From a virus (lineage: Duplodnaviria; Caudoviricetes), in the IMG/VR virus record IMGVR_UViG_3300020440_000033, positions 1-40,220 of that record: a stretch of DNA of 40,220 bases, one strand, 5' to 3'. The translations under genes were made by a program, and so were the position numbers. The notes under the pieces were generated by a model. That model was not told where the DNA came from, did no database searches, and was given only the letters and a program-made list of their open reading frames with translations. Below are positions 27,191 through 36,184 of the stretch, piece after piece (the first letter of the stretch is position 1; every line of letters starts with the position of its first letter).

Positions 27191-30100
27191 GTGGCGAGTC
27201 TGGAATTTGCCGGTGACAATGGTTCGCTGAGCGACATCAACGCAACCCAAGGTGAGTTCCGCAGCCAGATTGCGGCCTTGACCGATATGGTCAAGCAGAT
27301 TGCTGGCAATGCTGCTGTTTCCGCTGGCGACTCCGCACAGGCTGATCCACTTAACGCCCCATTTACTCTTTACGTCAACCCCTACACCGGCAGTGATGAG
27401 TTTGTCGGTGGATCGTACAACGACTACGAGACCGGAACACTCGAATCCAAGATCAAGCGCCTTGAGAAGCAGCGGCTTGTTTGTGGTTTTAGCCCGCAAC
27501 GTCCGTTCAAAACCATCAACCGCGCCGTCATCGAAGCGGCGATCATCACCAGCAAGGACTGGCTGAACGTTGCCGACCCATCCGGCATCCTGAATACGGT
27601 GAGCATCGTACTCAGCCCTGGTGTCCATACGCTCTACAACGATCCTGGGCAAGCCAGCACCAGCATCGCAAGCTGGGGCGTTTCCAAGAATCCGACCACT
27701 GCAGATCTGATCAAGTTCAACCCGGCCACTGTTGGTGGTGTGTTGCTGCCTCGCGGTTGCAGTCTGTGTGGCCCTGACCTACGCAAAACTACCATCCGCC
27801 CCAACTGGGTGCCTGCTGTTGCCGATGAAGCAGCGGATTACAGCAACCGGCACGGGATGTTGAAGATGACCGGCACCGGTTACTTCTTCGGCCACACCTT
27901 CATGGACAAGATTGGCCTTGATGCCAGTCACCACCTGCTGGACGCTTATCAGTTCGCCAGCAAGGCTGAACTTGATGACTTCTATGCCAAGACCTTCAGC
28001 GCCGTTGGCTCCGGCGCGGACCTCGCTTCGGCGCTGACTGTTACACGCGGCACCGAATATCAGATCGTCGGCCCGATCAATCAAACCGAAACGCCAACCG
28101 CTGCGTGGGATACCACCAGCAGCGCTTCGCCTTACATCTTCAACGTCTCCATCCGTTCCAACTACGGCATGGGTGGTGCGTTCATGGATGGCTCGAAGGT
28201 CGAGGGCCTCAAGTCCATGGTTTGCGCCAATTTCACTGGTGTGAGCCTGCAGAAAGATATGAGCTGCTGGCAGATTTATGACGGCAGCAACTGGGTGCAG
28301 CCAACCTATGAGCAGTACATCGCAGCGGACCCTGATAACACGCGCATGAATCCGGCTCGATTGAGCCGCCACATCAGCGCCATCAATGATGCCTTCATTC
28401 AAGAGGTATCGGTTTTTGCCATCGGCCAAGGCATTCACCACTTCACCGACCTCGGTGGTGAAATCACTGTTACCAACAGCAACAGTTCATTTGGTGGTTG
28501 CGCTGCGTACAGCAAGGGCTACAAGGGCACAGCATTCCCGAGCGACACCAACTGGGCAGTCAGTGGCATCCGTGTGCCTCTCGATCTGCAGGCAAAAACT
28601 GGCAACATCCGAACGATCTATCTCGGCACGATTGATTCGGCTACGAGTAGCAAGATTACCCTGACATCACAGCTTGCAGCTGACGCCTCGTCTAACAGTA
28701 TCCCGGCTGTTTTGCTGGAAGATGGATACACACTCGCTAGCGGCACCTACATCTGGGCTGAAAATCCGCTTGGTGAACCATGGTACGCGCCTCTTGCGTC
28801 TAACGCATGGGAAGCAAGCGCACCAAATGAAATTGACATCAGCAGCGCTTTCGCCGGAAATGATGCAACCACCGACGCCGAAGGCACTAATCTGCTGGTC
28901 GGCAAGCGTGTTTACATCCGCCGCATGGTTGATACACGCACTCCAAGCGAACGTCGGGTTTCAGTTCTGGCTAACAACACCGCGTCAGCTCGGCTGCCGC
29001 AGCGTAACTTTATCATCCAAACAGATCCGTTGCGAACCAACGGCGCCATCAGCCGTGAATTCACAACTACCGGCACTGAAATTTTTGCTGTTAGCAACGC
29101 TGGCGCGGGTAATGAGGCTGGCGTAACGACCTCAACAGAATTCACCCTGCGGCGCTCTGCGCCGAGCACGGCATACAACAACGGTGACTTCTATACCGCA
29201 GGAAGAGTTGTCCGCAGCGGCGGCAAGCACTACGTTGCCACGCGCGATGTTTATGCAACAACGGCATTACCGGATCCTGCATCATGGCTTGAAACCTATG
29301 TCCATACGGCATCGGATTACGACGCTGAGGATCCTATCACGCAAGAAGCTCGGCAGATCATTATTGATACAGACACCGACACTGATCCCTACAGCACAGA
29401 TCTTGGCATTAACTGGTCCAGCGTCTGGGCTGATGATGAGTACCAAGGCTCGACTGACTACAAAGGTGTTCACGCATTCTTGGTTGCATTGGGCCTGACC
29501 AGCAATCAAGCTCATGCTGCACTGGTTCCGCAAACTGCTTCTAATCGATTACTGGATCCCACCAGCGCAACAGATTTTCCGAACGCACCAGCAGGTGGAG
29601 CGGCAACCGGACTCGGCAACTGGGCTATTGAATTCCGCCGCCCGAGCACACTGCGCCTTTATGGCCACGCCTGGGAATGGGCTGGCTTCTTAAACTACTC
29701 AAAGGCCATTCCAGCAGCGCAAAAAGACCTTGGTCCGCAGAACGCTTTCACCTATTATTTCACCAACGAAGCTGGTGGCCGCGTCGTACCGCAAGGCAGC
29801 AACGAGAACGGGTTCAACATTACACCACGCGGTCTCGAAGATATCGAAACTGGTTCAACGCTAACTGTCGAAAACATTGGCAGCAGCTCGATTGACATTA
29901 TCGCTCAAACAGAATTCGAGAATCTCAGCGTTACTGATACGCTAACCGCTGAAAACCTTAATGTAACTGGCACGATCAGCGGCTTGCCAACTGTAGGCTC
30001 AGCAACAACAGGCAATGATGATGATGACCTAGGTTTTGTTCGCTTGGCTAGCATCTCGGACCTACAAAGCAGTGCTACCGCGACAAATGATCCTGCGATT

Positions 30101-31795
30101 GATGCGGCACCTGAAGTTGTTACATACAAAGGATTGAATTATTGGAAAAATTACAACAATTTAGTCAGTGCTCGCACTGGCATACAATACGTTTACGTCG
30201 ATCCAGTTAACGGTCGAGTTGCAAGTGTTAGTGAATTGCTTAACGAGGAACCTAACATGCGAATGGTATGGAACGGAACTGAATGGGTTCGGAGCGCAAA
30301 TCAAAAGGAAGGGACAAGTCAAATGCAAGCGTACCCTCCCGCAAAATCAATTGTAAATGCTGTCGAGTACATCAACGCTCAATTCAGCCCAAACGAAACA
30401 ATTGAATTGCGTATTGGACCTGGATTCTACTTAGAGACAGGTGACTTACGCTTAACATGCAAAGCTCAAGTAAGAGCATGGGATTTTGTTAGGGATAGAT
30501 ACCTGAACAACGATGAAGACGACGGATCGAAGCCATTTATGGGTCAAGCTGCGGTCAACGGTGAACGCGGTAAGTCATGGGAGCAAGATCGTACTTATCT
30601 AGTAAATCCAGAAAATCATCCCATTTTTCTCTCTCGCCCTCGGATGACGTATAGATACAGCCCCCCGAGCGGCACTTTCCAAACAACGCCATTGCGATTT
30701 GTATTCGAGCAAGAGGCAAGTATAATTGGCTGCGTTTGGCTGGGTCCAGCTGAAGTACTTACGAATGATGATATACCAGACAGCTTTTTTGAGCCATCGA
30801 ATAGCGGTGTTGATATTGCAGCAATTAGAGCCGATGCTAGGCTTTATCCCGAAAATGCCCTGAACTATTTAATCAAAGCAGAAATCTCTAGCAGGTCTAC
30901 CGATAACGCAACATGGGAATTTATGTTTGCTCGATCTTGCATTGAGGGTCAAGCAGCGCTTACTGTTAAAAACTGCGCTTTTGACGCTATGGCTCCTGCC
31001 CAGCAAAACAATGGCTCGCTTAGGAAAGATGGAGTCATTACAGTATCGGCTAAACCTGCAAGACTTGCTGGCATATGGGCTATCGGTAATGTTAATGTAA
31101 GCAGTGCGCTAATAGATGCGCCAGCCTATAGAGGCAATACCACCTATCAATACACAGGTCATCACGAAGCGCTTATCGCAGCGACAACAGATGAGCTGGA
31201 AGGCGAACAAGCGACGATAAGCCTAGGTGGAACGAGAGAGATCGGTGGTGGCACTAACGCAGACGCTGATTATAATTTTACTTGGAATAATATCCATTTG
31301 GTTAACAACGAACTTGAATACAGAGATGACTGGAATCCATTCAATCCACCAGTCACAGCAGGCTATCTAAACGAAGACCCTACCATTGGTACTAAATGGA
31401 AACTAATCGGCCCTGGTTACGTTGGATTTATTAACACGGTAAATAGACTAGGGCAGTTTGGTTTTTTTTGGCACGAAAATTTTCTCCAATCAGTAAACCA
31501 TCGGCAAGGTTTTGCAGGTATTTTTGGCAACATTTCACTGATAAGTGGTGTCCAGATGACAAGAGGGGTTAGAGAGATACCGGCTGGATTTACTGGCACA
31601 GAATGGAGAAAATCATACTTCTTGCAGCGCGCTGGGACAACAGACGAAGCGGCTGATTTGGGCAATACACCTGCTAATCCGGGTCAGGTCGGGACGCGTC
31701 TAAATTTTTATCCACTCAATGCTCAGGTATGGCCAATCAAAAAAGGAATTGATGTAAACGAAGCCGTAACGGTCAATCGAAACCTTTGGCTGTAG
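27191..31795 (+). CDS. large tail fibre/spike, receptor-binding candidate
   Basis: 1534 aa; LYVNPYTGSD..RPFKTINRA beta-helix-type start, repeated in degenerate form at YVYVDPVNG..PAKSIVNA; carbohydrate-binding-like YNNGDFYTAGRVVRSGGKHY. Confidence 0.7.
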   Translation: MASLEFAGDNGSLSDINATQGEFRSQIAALTDMVKQIAGNAAVSAGDSAQADPLNAPFTLYVNPYTGSDEFVGGSYNDYETGTLESKIKRLEKQRLVCGFSPQRPFKTINRAVIEAAIITSKDWLNVADPSGILNTVSIVLSPGVHTLYNDPGQASTSIASWGVSKNPTTADLIKFNPATVGGVLLPRGCSLCGPDLRKTTIRPNWVPAVADEAADYSNRHGMLKMTGTGYFFGHTFMDKIGLDASHHLLDAYQFASKAELDDFYAKTFSAVGSGADLASALTVTRGTEYQIVGPINQTETPTAAWDTTSSASPYIFNVSIRSNYGMGGAFMDGSKVEGLKSMVCANFTGVSLQKDMSCWQIYDGSNWVQPTYEQYIAADPDNTRMNPARLSRHISAINDAFIQEVSVFAIGQGIHHFTDLGGEITVTNSNSSFGGCAAYSKGYKGTAFPSDTNWAVSGIRVPLDLQAKTGNIRTIYLGTIDSATSSKITLTSQLAADASSNSIPAVLLEDGYTLASGTYIWAENPLGEPWYAPLASNAWEASAPNEIDISSAFAGNDATTDAEGTNLLVGKRVYIRRMVDTRTPSERRVSVLANNTASARLPQRNFIIQTDPLRTNGAISREFTTTGTEIFAVSNAGAGNEAGVTTSTEFTLRRSAPSTAYNNGDFYTAGRVVRSGGKHYVATRDVYATTALPDPASWLETYVHTASDYDAEDPITQEARQIIIDTDTDTDPYSTDLGINWSSVWADDEYQGSTDYKGVHAFLVALGLTSNQAHAALVPQTASNRLLDPTSATDFPNAPAGGAATGLGNWAIEFRRPSTLRLYGHAWEWAGFLNYSKAIPAAQKDLGPQNAFTYYFTNEAGGRVVPQGSNENGFNITPRGLEDIETGSTLTVENIGSSSIDIIAQTEFENLSVTDTLTAENLNVTGTISGLPTVGSATTGNDDDDLGFVRLASISDLQSSATATNDPAIDAAPEVVTYKGLNYWKNYNNLVSARTGIQYVYVDPVNGRVASVSELLNEEPNMRMVWNGTEWVRSANQKEGTSQMQAYPPAKSIVNAVEYINAQFSPNETIELRIGPGFYLETGDLRLTCKAQVRAWDFVRDRYLNNDEDDGSKPFMGQAAVNGERGKSWEQDRTYLVNPENHPIFLSRPRMTYRYSPPSGTFQTTPLRFVFEQEASIIGCVWLGPAEVLTNDDIPDSFFEPSNSGVDIAAIRADARLYPENALNYLIKAEISSRSTDNATWEFMFARSCIEGQAALTVKNCAFDAMAPAQQNNGSLRKDGVITVSAKPARLAGIWAIGNVNVSSALIDAPAYRGNTTYQYTGHHEALIAATTDELEGEQATISLGGTREIGGGTNADADYNFTWNNIHLVNNELEYRDDWNPFNPPVTAGYLNEDPTIGTKWKLIGPGYVGFINTVNRLGQFGFFWHENFLQSVNHRQGFAGIFGNISLISGVQMTRGVREIPAGFTGTEWRKSYFLQRAGTTDEAADLGNTPANPGQVGTRLNFYPLNAQVWPIKKGIDVNEAVTVNRNLWL

Positions 31796-31853
31796 CTCGC
31801 GGCATGTCTTTGGTAAGATTGAACTAAACCGGACCATCACCTTCGGCTCTGTT

Positions 31854-32750
31854 ATGGCTAACGTCAAAATCACCGATCTAACGGCTTACACCAATCCGGA
31901 CAGCACCGATGTGCTTCCGATTGTGGACGTTGGCGCGGATGTCACCAAGAAGGTCAGCGTTGCGGATTTGCTGAAGAATGCCAGCAGTGGAACGGCTGCT
32001 GCACCTGGCATTGCGTTTGATGGTGACTCCAACACCGGCATTTATTCACCCGGAGCAGACCAAGTAGCGATAGCAACTAATGGCCAGGGGAGGTTGTTTG
32101 TTGACTCCAGCGGCAACGTCGGTATCGGGACGACGACGGATCCCACCAAGCTCCTAGCTGTCAATGGTGACGCATTAATCAACGGCCTGAATGTTGGACG
32201 CGGGCCGGGTGATTTTCAAAGCAACGCCGTCTTTGGTATAGATGCTTTCCGAAGCAACACCACAGGAATTTATAACATTGCCGCTGGTCTAAACGCTCTC
32301 CAAAGCAACACCGAAGGTAGTAACAACACCGCCATTGGTCAAGGTTGTCTCGTCAACAACATCACAGGCAACGCCAACACTGCTGTTGGCCGACAGGCTC
32401 TCATCAGCAACAACACAGGCAGCGCCAACACTGCCATTGGACGACTGGCCCTCTCCAACAATACCACAGGTGAATTTAACACTGCTGTTGGTCGGAATGC
32501 CGGTGAATACATCCAAGGCTCCAACAACACTATCCTTGGTGCCTATGCAGGAACCGCAGCAGATGCAACGTTAAACGAAACAGTTATCATCTCTTCTGGT
32601 ACGACGGAGCGGTTGCGGATTAAGGAAGACGGCACATTCAACTTCGCCCACACTGCTGTGTATGCCGACAACACAGCAGCCAAAGCCGGTGGATTAGTAG
32701 ACGGTGACGTTTATCGCAAGTCGGATGGCACCTTGATGATCGTCTACTAG
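31854..32750 (+). CDS. short fibre protein with 14-aa NTxGxxNTAxG repeats
   Basis: VKITDL N-terminal domain, PGIAFDGDSNTGIY, GNVGIGTT and four 14-aa beta-roll repeats. Confidence 0.8.
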   Translation: MANVKITDLTAYTNPDSTDVLPIVDVGADVTKKVSVADLLKNASSGTAAAPGIAFDGDSNTGIYSPGADQVAIATNGQGRLFVDSSGNVGIGTTTDPTKLLAVNGDALINGLNVGRGPGDFQSNAVFGIDAFRSNTTGIYNIAAGLNALQSNTEGSNNTAIGQGCLVNNITGNANTAVGRQALISNNTGSANTAIGRLALSNNTTGEFNTAVGRNAGEYIQGSNNTILGAYAGTAADATLNETVIISSGTTERLRIKEDGTFNFAHTAVYADNTAAKAGGLVDGDVYRKSDGTLMIVY

Positions 32751-32828
32751 ACTTTGACGTTACTGCGCTTCGGTTGACCACCCTATGTGCTTTTGCAACT
32801 TCTGCACTACAATGTCAACAGGTATCTC

Positions 32829-33140
32829 ATGGCTATGACCGCCACCTTCAGCTGGGCAATCGCCAACCTTGAGCGGGAAACTGCTGATGGTTTCGTCTAC
32901 ACCGCCCATTACACCGTCGCAGCTGCTGACGACAGCTACAACGCTGGCGCGTACGGGAGCATCGGCTTGGAGCGTCCTGAAACCTTGATCCCTTTTGATG
33001 ACCTTACCAAGGACATGGTTATCGGCTGGGTGCAAAATGCTTTGGGCGACGAAAAGGTTGCTGAAATCGAGCAGGCACTCCAAGCTCAACTCGATGAGAA
33101 GCACGCCCCAACCAAGCAATCTGGGGTACCTTGGAGTTGA
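32829..33140 (+). CDS. fibre-associated small protein
   Basis: WAIANLERETADG...IPFDDLT...SGVPW, a family commonly found next to cyanophage fibres. Confidence 0.7.
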   Translation: MAMTATFSWAIANLERETADGFVYTAHYTVAAADDSYNAGAYGSIGLERPETLIPFDDLTKDMVIGWVQNALGDEKVAEIEQALQAQLDEKHAPTKQSGVPWS

Positions 33141-33170
33141 TCGAGTTGTTCCGAGAGCTTGAGGTGCATC

Positions 33171-33509
33171 ATGGCCGTTTCGCCTGGAATCTATAACATC
33201 AGCTTGCAGCGTCGTGCTGACTACTACGTCACGCTGCAGTTCAAAGATTCTACTGTAGCGGCCATTGATCTCACCGGCTGGACAGTAGCCGCACAGGTGT
33301 GGAATAAAAACCGCACTACCAAATATGCAGATTTTGCTGTTGACTACACCGACCGTGTAGCTGGAACGGTTTCGATCAGCCTTACGGACGCCCAAACTGA
33401 AGCATTCCCCGATGAAGTCTATTACGACGTACTGCTGACAAATCCAAGCGGCTTGAAAGAGTATTATCTTGAGGGTATTATTTTTGTTTCGCAGGGGTAC
33501 ACAGCATGA
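33171..33509 (+). CDS. Ig-like / BppU-like virion protein
   Basis: IDLTGWTVAAQV, GTVSISLT..QT, YYDVLL and YYLEG motifs. Confidence 0.7.
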   Translation: MAVSPGIYNISLQRRADYYVTLQFKDSTVAAIDLTGWTVAAQVWNKNRTTKYADFAVDYTDRVAGTVSISLTDAQTEAFPDEVYYDVLLTNPSGLKEYYLEGIIFVSQGYTA

Positions 33510-33661
33510 CCGCAACACGAAATACCGTAGTTGTTTCAGACGATGGCGCAACAGTCACGATCCAGACTGGAGACGTATCCCAGGGCACTTTTGACGCATT
33601 AGTGGCGCGAGTGGAGCAGCTGGAAGCTGTTGATTACCTTGTCTTGCAGGACGGCAACTGA
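33506..33661 (+). CDS. 51-aa hypothetical (MTATRNTVVVSDDG...), absent from the ORF track
   Basis: ATGA overlap with the upstream gene; stop at 33659-33661. Confidence 0.55.
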   Translation: MTATRNTVVVSDDGATVTIQTGDVSQGTFDALVARVEQLEAVDYLVLQDGN

Positions 33662-33693
33662 GTTAAAGTGAAGCGTAGGCCGCTGCAGGCACC

Positions 33694-33939
33694 GTGATCG
33701 AAATCTACGCTGCGATTCTCGGTGCCTCTATCGGCATTGCTGGTATGTCTGTCTCGGGCTTTACGAGGCGCACCAGCGAATCACGCGAAGCTGTGATCCG
33801 TCTCACTGCGGCGGTCGAATCGATCGCTGGCAAGCTCGAAGAGCTGCACCAAGACATGAAAGCAGACCGCAAAGAAATTTATACCCGCCTTAATGCACAC
33901 GGCGAAAGAATTACTGTATTGGAAAACAAGTCACGCTAG
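33694..33939 (+). CDS. membrane-anchored coiled-coil lysis-cassette protein
   Basis: N-terminal TM segment (IYAAILGASIGIAGM) plus coiled coil ending RITVLE. Confidence 0.65.
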   Translation: MIEIYAAILGASIGIAGMSVSGFTRRTSESREAVIRLTAAVESIAGKLEELHQDMKADRKEIYTRLNAHGERITVLENKSR

Positions 33940-33966
33940 GATTTGTGTAAGAGTTAAAGCCTTTCG

Positions 33967-34116
33967 ATGAACATCGAGCAAATCCTATCTCACCCTGCTT
34001 TTTGGGTTGTGGTTGCCGCAGCATCTGAGCTGATCGGCATGTCAAAACTTAAGGACAACAGCGTGATCCAGCTTGTCTTCCACGCACTCCGCAGCCTGAA
34101 GGCAAAAAAGGACTGA
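33967..34116 (+). CDS. 49-aa holin-like membrane peptide, absent from the ORF track
   Basis: MNIEQILSHPAFWVVVAAASELIGMSKLKDNSVIQLVFHALRSLKAKKD; upstream of the endolysin. Confidence 0.7.
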   Translation: MNIEQILSHPAFWVVVAAASELIGMSKLKDNSVIQLVFHALRSLKAKKD

Positions 34117-34349
34117 TCCCTGCTGATGGCCGTTGGCTATTCCGCTTCAGCACCCGTTCTAGTTGGAACGAGGTGCAGCGTGCGATCCAGCGCCGTAAGT
34201 TCGAGGCGACCCTGAAGCCCCGCTTGGATCGTGCCATCGACGATTGGCACAAAACCCAGCCACCGACGACCCCGCCGCCAGTGCGGCTTGATGACCTTCA
34301 CATCCGCGCACATTGGCTCCATGAGCAAGACACCGATCCGACTGATTAG
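34104..34349 (+). CDS. putative -1 frameshift extension of the holin-like peptide
   Basis: A_AAA_AAG at 34104-34110 in the correct phase; the -1 frame stays open to TAG 34347-34349. Confidence 0.6.
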   Translation, partial: KKGLIPADGRWLFRFSTRSSWNEVQRAIQRRKFEATLKPRLDRAIDDWHKTQPPTTPPPVRLDDLHIRAHWLHEQDTDPTD

Positions 34350-35055
34350 CCTCTTCCGCTACTACAAGCGGGAAGGGCACCAAACAGCAGCCATAGAAGA
34401 GCTGGAGCGTGCCATATTGGATGTTGCGCCGGATATTTTTAACCGCGATCAACCGTGGTATGAAACTTGGAGTACGCCAGTTGCAGAAAAGGCACCAGAG
34501 CACTTAATCACGCGAGAACAGATCAGCCTGATCTCAGGCCATGCTGAGCACCTATTTGACGAGTCTTTCATGAATGACTTGAATCGTCTTGTAAAGGCAG
34601 CAGGTATGACAAGCCTGAACCAGCGCAGGATGCTGGTTGCTCAAACCTGCCACGAAACAGCAGGCTACAAGTACATGACAGAAATTGGAGACCGCGCATA
34701 TTTTGCAAGAATGTACGACAACCGCAGTGACCTAGGTAATGGCCCAAGCGACGGGTATAAGTATCGTGGATGCGGCGTAATTCAGCTAACTGGGAAATAT
34801 AATTTCAGCCGTTTTTCTAGATGGATGGAACAGAACGGCATGAAAGATGATCGCATCATGGAGGAAGGAACTGATTACGTTGCAAACAAGTACCCATTTC
34901 TTTGTGCAATCTGCTGGATCGAGGAAAATAACTGGGCAGCTTTGTGCGACCGTGGGGACATCTACGAATGCACACGCAGGCTAAACGGCGGGTACAACGG
35001 GATTGATGACCGTATTTACTACTACAACAGAGCGCAAAAGTACATTGTGAAATAG
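34321..35055 (+). CDS. endolysin, glycoside hydrolase family 19 (chitinase/lysozyme-like)
   Basis: AQTCHETAG, RSDLGN, DGYKYRGCGVIQLTGKYN and TRRLNGGYNGIDDR motifs; ATG 34321. Confidence 0.9.
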   Translation: MSKTPIRLISLFRYYKREGHQTAAIEELERAILDVAPDIFNRDQPWYETWSTPVAEKAPEHLITREQISLISGHAEHLFDESFMNDLNRLVKAAGMTSLNQRRMLVAQTCHETAGYKYMTEIGDRAYFARMYDNRSDLGNGPSDGYKYRGCGVIQLTGKYNFSRFSRWMEQNGMKDDRIMEEGTDYVANKYPFLCAICWIEENNWAALCDRGDIYECTRRLNGGYNGIDDRIYYYNRAQKYIVK

Positions 35056-35115
35056 TTAAGTTCGCTACCATATAAGCAGCCGCAAGTCAAGAACCTTGAT
35101 GTTGCATGGCGCGGG

Positions 35116-35430
35116 GTGGTAGTGGATCACCAGATTGACGAGACCGAACTCGTCCCACGGAAAAAAGCAAAGATCCGCTTCCGTGACCGTATTTTGAACG
35201 AGTGGAATTACTGCTGCGCTTATTGCGCTGAACCATTAGGTAAGAATGCCACCCTTGACCACGTAATACCAAAGTGGAAAGGCGGCTTGACAGAAAAGGG
35301 AAACTTAGTGGGCTGCTGCTTTTCCTGCAATAGCCACAAATCAGGCCACGACTGGCGCGAGTGGTTCAGAAACAGAACCTATTGGACCGAAGCCCGTGAA
35401 GCCCGCATATCGGAATGGATGGAACAGTAA
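35116..35430 (+). CDS. HNH endonuclease
   Basis: CAYC...TLDHVIPKWKGG...NLVGCCFSCNSHK. Confidence 0.9.
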   Translation: MVVDHQIDETELVPRKKAKIRFRDRILNEWNYCCAYCAEPLGKNATLDHVIPKWKGGLTEKGNLVGCCFSCNSHKSGHDWREWFRNRTYWTEAREARISEWMEQ

Positions 35431-35555
35431 ATAGCTTCAGCAACATTTACAGCACGATAAAGTCCATGTATCTCTATACACATGCCACCGCCGACTGTGC
35501 ATACACGGTAAAATCCCCCGCCAATGGGCTCAACCGGAACTGTCGGCCTGTTCAT
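35379..35555 (-). CDS. small hypothetical protein
   Basis: MNRPTVPVEPIGGGFYRVC...; overlaps the thyX end and, convergently, the HNH end. Confidence 0.35.
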   Translation of the reverse strand: MNRPTVPVEPIGGGFYRVCTVGGGMCIEIHGLYRAVNVAEAIYCSIHSDMRASRASVQ

Positions 35556-36183
35556 CCCCAAAAAAGACGCCCGCAATGACAGGAAAGCTCAATCTAAATA
35601 TACGCTGGCACGCCAAGGCAACCTGTCTGTGCTCTAGTTGTGTGTCTGGGTTTGTACGCAATTTGATGTAATGGATCCAACTACGGAGTGTACCAGTCAT
35701 ATACATCGACGTAGGAGTACACATCGGCAGGATGCGCCGAGCGGTTTCTTTGGCAACGCCACATTCGAGTAACGATTCATAAAAAAGAAAAGCATCAGCC
35801 ATGATGCGAGCAGCACGCGCTTGAAAGTCTTCCTGGTGGGACGGGTGGATGTCATCGATGCTGTTTTGTCTGTTTTCGTAGTCCTGCCTCCGAAACCATG
35901 GAGTCTCCGCACGTTGAGTTTTGCTGTACCTAGTGGAAAACTCTTGGAAAGAGAAAGACCTATGCCTCAAGATCTGGGCAGCAATATCGCGCTCTGTGTC
36001 GATTTTGACGCACATACTGGCCATTTCAAAAGGAGACCAGTGCTCGTGCTTAACCAAGTAGCGGATAAGCCCTGGTCCGGTCTCCCAATTGTCCTCATTG
36101 CTTGGGTTACTAACCCGCGCCATCCGCACTATTAGTCTTTCGGCGTCAGGGGTTGCCCAAACCAATTCAACCGAATGGTTCAC
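35530..36183 (-). CDS. thyX: FAD-dependent thymidylate synthase
   Basis: ARVS, HWSPFE, QILRHRSFSFQEFSTRY (RHRx7S), KETARRILP and QLEH motifs. Confidence 0.95.
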   Translation of the reverse strand: MNHSVELVWATPDAERLIVRMARVSNPSNEDNWETGPGLIRYLVKHEHWSPFEMASMCVKIDTERDIAAQILRHRSFSFQEFSTRYSKTQRAETPWFRRQDYENRQNSIDDIHPSHQEDFQARAARIMADAFLFYESLLECGVAKETARRILPMCTPTSMYMTGTLRSWIHYIKLRTNPDTQLEHRQVALACQRIFRLSFPVIAGVFFGDEQADSSG

Positions 36184-36184
36184 A

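Noticed and set aside
27191-32750. Diversity-generating retroelement or invertible fibre cassette
   Set aside because: No reverse transcriptase, recombinase or TR/VR repeat pair was noticed.
34231-34320. N-terminal extension of the endolysin from the track start
   Set aside because: The ATG at 34321 gives a typical N-terminus; this DNA is better explained by the -1 holin-extension frame.
35056-35126. tRNA gene
   Set aside because: Folds as a single long hairpin, with no cloverleaf or properly placed TTCG T-loop.
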